A program made the position numbers and the translations under genes. Under the pieces are notes generated by a model that saw only the letters and a list, made by a program, of their open reading frames with translations, was not told the DNA's origin and did no database searches. A stretch of DNA of 64,000 nucleotides from Lepidodermella squamata (Eukaryota; Animalia; Gastrotricha), in the NCBI GenBank assembly GCA_047495785.1, contig JBLDXI010000017.1, positions 2,356,001 through 2,420,000 of the forward strand, written 5' to 3'. Position 1 is the first letter of the stretch. The number at the start of each line of letters is the position of its first letter. Positions 27,278-38,661 of the stretch are shown here, in pieces.

Positions 27278-29961
27278 ATGTGTTGTAAGCGGTTATTTTC
27301 TCATGATTCTGAAGCCAAGCCAGCAGATTCGCCTAAACGAGAAGTTTGGGGGAGCAAGGTGGAATTCTTCTTGGCATCCCTAGGTTATTGCGTCGGTAAG
27401 TCGACATGCTTGACACCTGTTGTTTACTGACTCTCTACTTTGCTAGGATTGGGAGCGCTCACTAGGTTCGAATGAAGTTCTCATGAGAAATATCGCTATT
27501 TAATGTTTTCAGATTTCCCTATCTGTGTATGAAGAATGGGGGCGGTGCATTTCTGATTCCTTTTGTCATTTGCATGGTTGTTGCTGGTGTTCCACTCTTC
27601 TACCTCGAAATTTTACTGGGACAATTCAGCGGCCGCAGCCCACTTGCCATTTGGGCGTTATGTCCAGCATTCAAGGGACTTGGCTACTCAATGAGCCTAT
27701 TATCAGCAATAGCGGCGATATATTATATGCCCTTTACGTGGTCAACATTATTCTTGGTTAATAGTTTCAACGCGGATGTCCCATGGCGATCATGTGGAAA
27801 TTATTGGAACACTGATGCTTGTGGTCTCAGGGACACGGTTAACTCGACGAGCTACCTCAATTCGTCGACTGTTCTACACGTCATATCGCCGGACTCAAAC
27901 TATACCAATGAAATTGTTGCTCGAGATTTGGTCTCCCCTGCTGAAGAGTTTTGGAAGTAAGCTAATTTTGTCTCACTTACATATCGTCGCATCCTTTCCT
28001 TAGCTATCAGATTCTAGGAATTACTCACTCTGGCCTGTCAGATATTGGGTCTGTGCGATGGCCAATGGCGTTGTCCCACCTTTTTTGTTGGACAATTGTG
28101 TTTCTTTGCTCAATGGGGGGCGCAGTTACGGCCGGAAAAGTAACCCCCTTGGTTTATTTAACTATTTCCTATTTGATAATACCCGATTTTAATCAAGGTC
28201 GTTTATGTCACTGCCACGTTGCCGTATTTTCTTTTGATAATGCTTTTGGTAAGAGGATTGACTCTGGAAGGATCCTACGAGGGAATCATGTTTTTTCTGA
28301 AACCTGACTTTGTAAAACTGGCTGACTACAACGTCTGGCTTGAAGCTTGTATCCAAGTTTTCTATCAGGTGCGAAATTATTTTTCATCTGATTCTTCTGA
28401 TAACATTTCTATATCTAGCTTGGGCCAGCTTGGGGAGGATTGATCACAATGGCGTCCTACAACAAGTTTCGTCATCGCTGCTACTGGTAATTTTCATTAG
28501 TCCTACTTGTGATTGCATTTATGGACGAGTTTTTGTCTTTTTTCATCAGGGAAGCAGCTTTCATTCCTATCGCAAATCTGCTCACGGCATTATTCGGGGG
28601 TCTTGCCATATTCTCAATCCTTGGATTCATGGCGCATAGGTATGGCGTTCCGGTCAAAGATGTTGCCAAGGTAATTGCGGTTACGAGTAACTAAACCTAA
28701 TTCTCTAATTTTTCTATATTTTTAACATCAGTCTGGACCTGGTCTTGCTTTCGTTGCATACCCAGAGGCCATAGCACAGATGCCATTGTCGCCGCTGTGG
28801 GCCTGTGTGTTTTTTCTAACCATCATCTCTGTCGCCATTGACAGCCAGTTCGGGATGTTTGATACCTTCGTAAGCGGCTTTCTGGATTTGTTTCCGAAAC
28901 TTCGCCGCTGGAAAGTGCTTGTGACTGCTGTATTTGCGTCAGCATGTTTTCTCATCAGTCTAACGTTGTGCACCGAGGTAAGCTAATAATTACCCTTGAC
29001 GGGCTTGTTTTAAAGTTGCTTATTCTATCTCAGGGAGGAATGTACATATATCAATTACTTGACTGGTAAAGTATTCACAAATTTAATGTCGATGACTTTA
29101 ACCATTATTTTTTTTAATAGGTACAGTGCCTCGCTGACCTTCACCATGATCGGGTTTTTGGAATGCATCGTTATCGGGTATATTTATGGTAAGTTGCGCT
29201 GTTTGCATTGAAATAAAGAGGGTATATCTGAAACTCAATTATTTATTTTTGTAGGACTTCGGCGGTTTTACAGGTTGGCGAATATGTTTGCTTTACGAAT
29301 GTGCGAATTTATCGATTATTTCTCAGCGACGTGAAGCTCATGCTTGGTTCGCCGCCTAATAAAATTATCGCAATTGCATGGCTTTTCGTCACCCCTGCGC
29401 TTATGGCCGTATGTTTCCTCGTCACACTATAATGTTGATCAATATTTAAATATACCTATAAACTAGATCATTGCCTTTATCGGAATATGGAATTTGGAGC
29501 CACCTTTTTACGCGTTCACGAACTATAAATATCCTGGTTTGTCGACTGTTATTATTTGGTTGATCACTATAGCTTAGTATTTAGATTGGGCAATCGGTGT
29601 TGGATGGATGATTTCACTAATTTCGTTCTTACCCACTCCGATAATATTGATTTACGTGGTCATCACGACCCCCGGAACAATTCGAGAGGTACGTCGCGTG
29701 ATTCATTATGCTTTGTTTGTTTCATGTTTTTTGATATTGTAGAAATTTATCAACTCGTTTAAGCCTGATAAAACTTGGGTTCCGAACTGCCCCGAGCTCG
29801 TCGATGCTTATCGCCAGCGATGGTACGGCGAAAAAGCATCAGAAGCCAAATGTGAAGCTTCTCATCCGCTCAATGGTCACGTCGATAATTTACCGGAAAT
29901 GCAAGAAATTAACCATCCTGTGCGGGAGTCGAATTTTCCCTTGAAAGTGACAAAACTATGA
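27278..29961 (+). CDS. SLC6/NSS family transporter, paralog 1 (atypical ion sites; 14 introns)
   Basis: Spliced product contains [41 protein letters not shown]2 C-x8-[57 protein letters not shown] and GGMYIYQLLDWY, ending KVTKL*. It includes a 19-nt exon at 27447-27465. The start codon is tentative. Confidence 0.92.
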
Positions 29962-30262
29962 ACTTTTTGTGACTGAACTAGCCGTTTACTTCATGTATTT
30001 TTTAAATTCATTATTTTTTTCGTCGGTGATCATGATTGTGCATTTTGCGTGCAATTTTACCGGTATATTTTTTGCGTTTCCCTATGGGGTTTCTAACGGT
30101 GAATTAATATCTCAAGTAGCCTCTAAAATAACATTCCTCAAATCCTCAGTCTGTTGAGATCTAAGTAAATGTATTTTTACGCTGCCGCATTTATAAATTT
30201 TTTTTGCTAATGAAAGCGAACTCAAATTCCGTGAAAGTATGCCTTTTTATTTATAGGATAAT

Positions 30263-31903
30263 ATGATATTAGCGTGTTGTTTGCTGCTGTTGCTGGGTTT
30301 TGAATCAATCAAAGCCGCAAAGCAACCTAATATAGTCCTAATTTTTACGGACGATCAAGACTTGTCGACGGTGAAGTATATTCCAGCAATTAACCAGTTA
30401 TTTGAAAAAAGTCCGATTCACTTCGAAAACACCTTTACAACCACGCCGGTATGCTGCCCTAGCAGGTCAACGTTAATATCTGGGCGTTTTATGCACAATA
30501 ACGGGGCTATAAACAACTCAGTCGAAGGAGATTGCGCTTCAAATGCTTGGCAGTCGCGAAACGAATTATTATCTCTACCAGTAATAATGCAAAAAGCTGG
30601 TTACGATACTTTCTATGCAGGGAAATATTTGAATGCTTACACTTATGACTCCACTGGAGGAGCTCGTGTCCCGCTTGGATGGGACGATTGGCACGGAACT
30701 GGTGCGAGTATTCAATACTTTTACAATATGTCGGATAACGGGAAAATGACAGAACATCTCGGAAGATACCCTGACGACTATCTGCCGCTAGTGGTTGAAA
30801 ATCACGCAATGAATTTTTTAACCAACCGAGAAAATAGCGATAGGCCATTTTTTATGATTCTCGCCGTAACAGCTTGCCACTTGCCGAATGACGCTGAGCC
30901 GCAGTACCAAAATGAGTATGAAAATATAACATCTCCCAGAGATCCTTCGTTTAATACCGGCGTCGAGGGAAAAGAGTGGATAGTAGCCATACAACCTGAA
31001 ATGGACGAAAATAAGATAAAATTTACCAATTTGGAGTATCGGAAGCGACTTCAAAGCCTGAAAACTGTTGAAGTTATTGTTTTGAATATGGTCTCACGCC
31101 TTGAAAAAATGGGCGTTTTGGACTCTACCCATTTATTTTACGCTTCTGATAACGGCTTTCACACCGGTCAATATCGGATGGTTATGGATAAAAGGCTGCC
31201 TTACGAATGCGATATCCGCGTCCCGTTGAAATGGCTGCCACCGAAATCGTTCGCGCCTTATGTCGAGAAGAAAGTTGTTAAAAATCCCGTTTCAATTATT
31301 GATTTTGCACCAACTTGTGCTGAACTAGCCGGGGCTCATTATGACGCAGATATATTTGATGGCCAGTCGCTGGTGAGATTCCTACGCGATGAGGACAACC
31401 ATCATGACAAAGCTCGCAATATTTTGCTGCTTCAATATCGTGGCGAGGGTGATTACGAATTTCACAATGGGTGGGAACTTTCCGTGAACCGATCTTGCGG
31501 CGAAGAGAAAAATCTCGTTTGCACGATTGTGACCAATGGCTTTTATCCGAATCCACCTAAATGGCAGGGAGATGATTTTTGCTTTTGCCAAGACGCTAGA
31601 AACAATTCTTATGACTGCCTTCGAATTATTGCCCAATCGGATGACGAGTTGAATGATGCCGAAGATACTGTGGACTTGCTGTATTGTGAATTTCTAAATC
31701 AGCCATGTGAATTTTACGACTTGACTCAAGATCCTTTCGAATTGAAAAATATTTGCTCTTACTTGAAGCCTAACCTGAAGGATTACCTTCACCATGAGTT
31801 ATCCAGAATGGTCAAATGTGTCGGTAGAAAGTGCAATGCCAGATTGCCCGATGATTTATTGGCCCAGTTTCAGTCTTTGTTGATTTCTTCCGTTAATATT
31901 TGA
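30263..31903 (+). CDS. GNS: N-acetylglucosamine-6-sulfatase-like sulfatase (secreted/lysosomal), intronless CDS, 546 aa
   Basis: Signal peptide, PNIVLIFTDDQD, formylglycine motif CCPSR, GKYLN, SDNGFHTGQ, DKRLPYECDIRVPL, the metazoan GNS-type CQDARNNSYDCLR and EFYDLTQDPFELKNI. AATAAA at 32019-32024. Confidence 0.88.
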   Translation: MILACCLLLLLGFESIKAAKQPNIVLIFTDDQDLSTVKYIPAINQLFEKSPIHFENTFTTTPVCCPSRSTLISGRFMHNNGAINNSVEGDCASNAWQSRNELLSLPVIMQKAGYDTFYAGKYLNAYTYDSTGGARVPLGWDDWHGTGASIQYFYNMSDNGKMTEHLGRYPDDYLPLVVENHAMNFLTNRENSDRPFFMILAVTACHLPNDAEPQYQNEYENITSPRDPSFNTGVEGKEWIVAIQPEMDENKIKFTNLEYRKRLQSLKTVEVIVLNMVSRLEKMGVLDSTHLFYASDNGFHTGQYRMVMDKRLPYECDIRVPLKWLPPKSFAPYVEKKVVKNPVSIIDFAPTCAELAGAHYDADIFDGQSLVRFLRDEDNHHDKARNILLLQYRGEGDYEFHNGWELSVNRSCGEEKNLVCTIVTNGFYPNPPKWQGDDFCFCQDARNNSYDCLRIIAQSDDELNDAEDTVDLLYCEFLNQPCEFYDLTQDPFELKNICSYLKPNLKDYLHHELSRMVKCVGRKCNARLPDDLLAQFQSLLISSVNI

Positions 31904-32104
31904 ATTCCTACTTCCTTTTTCTACTCTCAGACGGTTGCTATGAAATGTCAAAATTAATTATATGTCGGTTATCGCTCTCGGTTTTTCAGCTAAATTGTTT
32001 TTTTTATGGATATCATGCAATAAATTGAGGAACAGCAAGTAAACCATGTTTTTTGGGTTTACCAGGCCAAGCGAAGTCCGAACTAGAGTTCACGTCTGTG
32101 CCAG

Positions 32105-32144
32105 AGATAAAATGATAGTACTGATACGAGCAGTAGCCCTATCA
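32105..32144 (+). promoter_or_regulatory. Cluster of GATA motifs upstream of SLC6 paralog 2
   Basis: AGATAA, TGATAG, TGATAC and CTATCA within 40 bp, followed by TATAAG ~30 bp later and the ATG at 32250. Confidence 0.4.
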
Positions 32145-32249
32145 GTCACCAGCATAGTTTTTTGGTGGTCAAAGTATAAGATATTAAATAATATCCAACG
32201 CCAATTATTAAGCTTAATTCCGACCTATATCCACATCTATATCTATTTG

Positions 32250-35200
32250 ATGTCTGCATCGGAAAGCCAGCAGAAGGAGCCCGAGAAGGAAGCAGAGCGA
32301 GAGCGATGGGGTAATAAGGTTTGATCAAAGTTTTCATGCTGAAATTGCAGTCTAAATTTTCATTTAATTTAGGTCGAGTTCCTTCTTGCTACACTGGGGT
32401 ATAGTGTTGGTAAGGAATCTTTAAGTAGTTACCCATCATGAAATCCTATGTCACTTCGCCCTATAGGTATGGGAGCCATCACGCGGTTTCCCTATATTTG
32501 CATGAAGGTAGACAATTTTAGCAACCCGTGGCCAAAGTGAAACTACCTATTCTTGTTTCAGAACGGCGGGGGAGCTTTTCTAATACCATTCATTCTGTGC
32601 ATGATTTTTGCGGGCGCTCCGCTTTTCTACCTTGAGTTGATTCTTGGGCAATTCAGCGGTCGTAGCCCGTTGGCTCTCTGGGAGCTCAGCCCTGCGTTCA
32701 GAGGCATCGGACTTTCTTGTACGCTGCTCTCTGGTGTTGTGTGTAAGTTTCAACGTTGCCTTTCGAAGTTCGTGGCTTTTCCATTTCTATTCAGGTGTCT
32801 ATTACATGTCGATGCCATGGTCACTCTTCTATCTCGTCGCAACCTTTTTTGATCTACCAAGTGTACCTTGGGCGACTTGTGGCAACGAATGGAACACATT
32901 TAGGTTAATTATTTTAAATAATTCTTTGTTTTCCAACTATTGCAATTTTTATACTATAGGTGTTCGGAAACTGGCAATCCGAGTTTCAACAGATCGATTT
33001 TCAATGACACATCGTTCGGCGGGAGAAATTTTACGTTTAACGTTACCTCTCCGGCCGAAGAATTTTTCAAGTGAGATAATGTTGGGACTCGCAACAAGAG
33101 TCGAATTATGAATTATTATCAAATTTATTTATTAAGAACCCCTAGTTAGTAAACCGTACATCATTCGGTAGGAATTTGGTGCTAGAATATCCTTTAGAAA
33201 TCGAAATTAGTTGTTTTACGCAATTTTTAGTGTACGTATATAAAATTCAGGTAAATAGTAACAAAGCATGGGAATTGGTTTAGTATCTAGGTCAGTCATT
33301 AGGTCGCTTTCTCATACGCAATTTGGCCAGAACTCAACAGATAATAACTCATAACTTATCGAAATCTTTATTTAACATTAATTTAGTGAGTATATACTTG
33401 GGATTTCGTCAGGGATTGACGATGTCCGTGGATTGCGATGGCAGCTTGTAGTCTCACTAGCGATTTGTTGGATCGTTATTTTCCTTTGCACAATGAAAGG
33501 AACAGTCTCAGTAGGAAAGGTGAATTATCTTTTTAGTTTTGTAATTTTATTTCTAGCATTTTGGGTTGATTTTAGGTGGTCTATGTGACCGCTACCATGC
33601 CTTTCATTCTAATTGGAATTTTGCTCGGCTATGGCGCTTCACTTGAGGGTTCATTGAAAGGAATAGAATTTTTCATGATTCCCGAATGGGAAAAGCTCGC
33701 AGATCCAAATGTTTGGCTCGAAGCGGGGATTCAAGTATGAGAAAATTTATTCGCCATATTTCAGCTGTTTACTATTGTCATCCAGGTTCTTTTTCAACTT
33801 GGACCGGCATGGGGTGGCCTAATTACTATGGCATCCTATAACCCATTTAATCACAAAGCTTACCGGTAAGCATTTTGATGCACGATCTGCATTAATTTTT
33901 TCAATTTCTACAGCGATACAATTTTGATAACGGCATTGAACTTCTTTACGGCAATTTACGGAGGGTCTGTTTTCGTTTCATTTTATACCAATCGATTCTC
34001 ACCGTATATTTTTAGGTTTGCTGTATTCTCTATTCTCGGTTTCATGGCTACGAAATATGGCAAGGAAGTAGATGAAGTGGCGAAAGTATTTTTCTCTAAC
34101 CTCTGAATCTATATCAAGACAAATCTGTGTTATTACAGGCTGGTCCCGGGCTGGCTTTTGTAGCTTACCCAGAAGCCATCGCCCAAATGCCAGTGGCACC
34201 GCTTTGGGCGGTAATATTTTTCCTGACTTTGCTTACCATTGGCGTCGACAGCATGTTTGGAATGTTTGACACCCTAGTTTCTGGGCTCATTGATATTTTC
34301 CCGAAACTTCGCACGTGGAAAGTCTCATTCACGGCATTTTGCGCCTTGATAATGTTCTCGTTGGGATTGCCATTTTGCACTAATGTAACTAGTCTCTTTC
34401 ACTTGTAATCTGATTTACATCGTAATTAATCCAGGCTGGAATGTACTTTTACCAAATAATCGACTGGTATGCAAGCGCCCTGACCTTTTGTATGATCGGG
34501 CTCCTCCAGTCGATCGTCGTCGCTTACATTTATGGTTGGTTTAATTTTCGACACCGAGACATTAGGCATTTTCACCTTTACGATAGGGATCAATCGATTT
34601 TGCGAAGACGCTGCGTTGATGTTTGGCGCGAAGCCAAATGTTCTGGTGAAACTATCATGGCTAGTATCGGCCCCTGCGATCACAGGGGTTAGCGCTTTAC
34701 TTCATCGTGTTTCCGACCATTTTAATCTATTAAAATTGTAAGATTCTCCTGTTTGTCGGTGTTTGGAACCTTCAAGCGCCAACTTATTTTTATCGGACCG
34801 AGTACAGCTATCCCGATGTAAGACTAGGTTCTTTTGTCTCTGTATTATTTAATTTGACACTTTAATAGTGGGCGATTGGAATGGGCTGGGCTGTGGCTGT
34901 AGTTTCCTTCATTCCAACCCCGATTGTATTTATTTACACATGCTTCAAGTCGAAGGGTACATTCAAACAGGTAATTACTGCTTGTATGAAAATCAGGATA
35001 TTTTATTATTTTCATGGTTTTTAGCGATTGCATTATTGCTTCAAACCAACGGAACATTGGCTTCCAAATAACCCGGATCTAGTTGAAGCTTATCAGCAAC
35101 GCTGGTATAATAAGAGCCCAGAAATTCTTATGGTAGTGCCGCAGATTACCGTGAGTCCTGCCGAGGCGACTCCCGGCTTGGGTGATCCACCGAGGTACTA

Positions 35201-35261
35201 TGAAATACCCTCTTTTGTGAATCCTAAAAGCGAAAAAGCTATCGAGTTTTACGAACTATGA
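32250..35261 (+). CDS. SLC6/NSS family transporter, paralog 2 (16 introns)
   Basis: MSASESQQ...[63 protein letters not shown]; ends IEFYEL*. AATAAA at 35321-35326. Confidence 0.92.
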
Positions 35262-35683
35262 TGAAACTCTGGATTTTGTAAGCTTTTATATAATTTGCTC
35301 GCAACGTTCAAGTATTTTGAAATAAATTTCAACTGTGTTCATTTGACGCTAAACGCTTCGTCGAGTACCGCCTCGCTCCACAACTTCAAAAACGTTTTTA
35401 TGGCAGGATAATAATCTAGTTGAAAAATTGGACCGCACTGTGAGTGGGGAAAAATGTGAATCTATCAGTTCATTGGATTTTTATTGATGCGACTTGGTTG
35501 TTTGTAACCTGTCTACACGCTCCAGTGAACATAGCCCTATTCACCATGTTTACACATCCTTGTTTACAACCTGTAGCTTCTATACCTATAGCGTAATCCA
35601 GTATTTTATGCCCTACTGGTGGCTTTTTCATTTTTTTTTACCCAAAGATGCATTTCTGAATTTTTCGCTGTTTAGCTTCCGAT

Positions 35684-38358
35684 ATGGCGAAAGAAAACGC
35701 GCCAAAAGCGCCGCGTGAGCAATGGGGTTCGCGGGTTGAGTTCTTTCTCGCAACCCTTGGCTACAGCGTGGGTATGGGAAGTCTCACAAGGTAAACAAAC
35801 TTGCCGCCTCTTTTCTAGGTCAAAAGACGATTTTCGTGACAATTTTAGATTCCCTTACATGGTGATGCGTAACGGTGGCGGGGCATTTTTAATACCCTTC
35901 GCGATTGCTATGATGCTCGTCGGAATCCCTCTATTTTACTTGGAGGTCATTCTAGGGCAATTCAGTGGCCGAAGCACCCTAACGGTTTGGGCGATCAGTC
36001 CTGCATTCAAAGGAATAGGTTTGAATGTTTGTTCCTTAAAAACTGAAATATACTTTTTTCTTCAAATTTAGGCTATTCAATGACGGTTAGAATTTTCAAG
36101 AATTTTAGGGCCAAAAATGACAATTTAGGTTGAATACAGCTGCTAACCTTGTTCGCAACCTGTTACTACATGCCTTTCACTTGGTCGATTGTATATTTAG
36201 TGGCTAGCTGCAAACCAGACGTTCCTTGGAGAGGTTTGATTTGATTTGAAGCTTAATGCCTTGTCTATTCTTCGAATTTCAGGTTGCGATAACCCGTGGA
36301 ACACACCTAATTGTGCCGAAAGAGCTGTCATGAGTGAAAATGTTTCTATGACTACAACGATGAATTCTTCGGTGCGCAGATATTCTCCAGCTGAGGAATA
36401 TTGGAAGTAACCTATCCAACGATCTATTTATTTGGAAATATTTTAATTGTTAATTTTAGTGAATTCGTGCTTGATATTAACCACGATGGGGAACTGGGCT
36501 CGATGAAATGGTATTTGGTTGTAGCTCATTTTTCGACTTTTCTCCTCGTATTCGCGTGCGCAATCAAAGGCACTGCGTCTGTTGGGAAGGTTCGTTCCTG
36601 TGCCAGTTTTTCATTTCCAGCTTCATGTTAATGACCCAAATAGGTTGTCTACGTCACCGCAACTTTGCCATACGTGCTACTGACGATTCTTCTCATACGA
36701 GGAATTACCCTGGAGGGTTCTCTCAAGGGAATAATTTATTTTCTGGAACCTAAGTGGGAAAAACTGGGCGATTTCAATGTATGGCTCGAAGCTACGATTC
36801 AAGTCGTGTTTCAATTAGGCCCGGCTTGGGGGTCTCTAATCACCATGTCGCGGTGTAGCGGCTTTCATCACAAATCTTACAGGTTTTTTTAAGGATTGCC
36901 GTATTGGATTGAGTTTATTGTGATTTTTACAGGGATGCGGTCATTGTTCCTATCGGCAATTTATTAACTGGTAAATTGATAGAGGTACTTATTTCGAAAA
37001 TTATAATATCAGCGATTTTTCAGCAATTTACGGCGGATTAGCTTTGTTTTCTGTTTTGGGTAGGCTTTCCTTCTTAATTTTGACCAGTCGAGTTTAAAGT
37101 AGTTTCCTATTTTCTTTTAGGTTACATGTCCGAGAAGTACAACGTTCCGGTTGATGCTGTAGCCGGTGCCGGACCCGGCCTGGCGTTTGTTGCGTATCCA
37201 GAGGCCATAGCTCAACTTCCTATATCGCCTCTATGGGCCATAGTGTTTTTCCTGATGCTCATCTCTGTTGCAGTCGATAGTCAACTTGCCTTTTTCGAAA
37301 CTGTCGTATCCAGCATTATCGACATTTTCCCAGTTTTACAGCGATGGCGAATGCAATTGGCCGCTACTGTGGCCTCACTTATGTTCCTAGTTGGCCTGCC
37401 TTTATGTACCGAGGTATATTTTTAAAGTAAAGAACAAAAATTCATGGTAATGATTTTTCCATTTTAATAGGGTGGAATGTACATTTATTTGATGTAAGAA
37501 TTCTCCGTTTTCGAGTCAGTTCGGATTTCTTTCTACTTAACTAGACTCGACTGGTATGGTGCGGTGTTGACGTTTACATTCATCGGCTTTTTGGAATCTA
37601 TTGTTATTGCATATATTTATGGTATTCTAAGTTGATTGCCAAATTATTTGTTTCTGATTTTGATAACTATTTAGGCATTCGAAGATTTTGCCATGATGCA
37701 AAGCTGATGTTCGGCAGTCCGCCTAACAAATTCATTCGCTTAATTTGGTTCTTTGTGACACCAGTTATTATGGCTGTCAGTTTGATCACTTTGATATCTA
37801 CCTCCTTAAAGAAAATATTTTCAGGTGTTGGCCTTTATCGGTTTAGGAAATCTCTCAGAGCCAAAGTATCCATATACCAATTTTACCGTAAAATTTCCAT
37901 CAAACTTTACACTTTTTTCATAAATTATATATCTTCCTAGTACGCTAATTGGAGCATTGCCATTGGATGGTGCTTTGCATGTGCCTCGTTCGCCCCGATT
38001 CCTCTTACAATGATCTATATAGTATTTAAAAATCGCGGCAATATCAGAAAGGTCTGTTTTTCCCTTCTCAAGTCTGTTGCTCTAATCGGGAGACGTTGTT
38101 ATTTCTCAGTGTTTCAAAGCAAGTGAGGACTGGTTGCCGATTAAGGATGAAGAAGTGGACGCTTATCGCCAACGGTATTATTCGGACCAGAGTAGCGCAA
38201 ACTGTAACAACGTGCTGTGTTTCCTGTCCGATGATGAATTCCACAAGCACGATGAAAAATCCGAAATCAAAATGAATGATGTGAACTCGAACTTTGACAA
38301 GAAATCCCCGGTTAGCTCACCTTTTGATGATAACATTATTATTTCTACTCCGCTGTGA
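35684..38358 (+). CDS. SLC6/NSS family transporter, paralog 3 (15 introns)
   Basis: [39 protein letters not shown]; 14-nt exon at 36072-36085; [25 protein letters not shown]; ends IISTPL*. AATAAA at 38387-38392. Confidence 0.92.
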
Positions 38359-38661
38359 ATTTCCTATACTACTTATTTAAAAACGGAATAAAATTGAACA
38401 TCAAGTCACGGTTACTGACTCGCTGTGGTGCAGAAGTACCAACTCTGTTAGAGAGCCGGCGTACGCATTGTATTCTCGGCCGCTTTATGGTTTCATTGAA
38501 TCATGTTCACCGCGGAGATAAGGACTAACTGTGATACTTTTATCTTTATTCTGCGTGTAATATTCGCATTGCAGTTCTTCCGCGGCGGCCAAAGTCCATT
38601 ATTTTATTAATTATGAAACTCTAATTAATTGTTTTATTTTGAAGCGTTTTTTTTTATAAAA

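Noticed and set aside
30263-31903. Bacterial horizontal transfer of the sulfatase
   Set aside because: The Cys-rich C-terminal CQDARNNSYDC segment and overall motifs match metazoan GNS; being intronless is not sufficient evidence.
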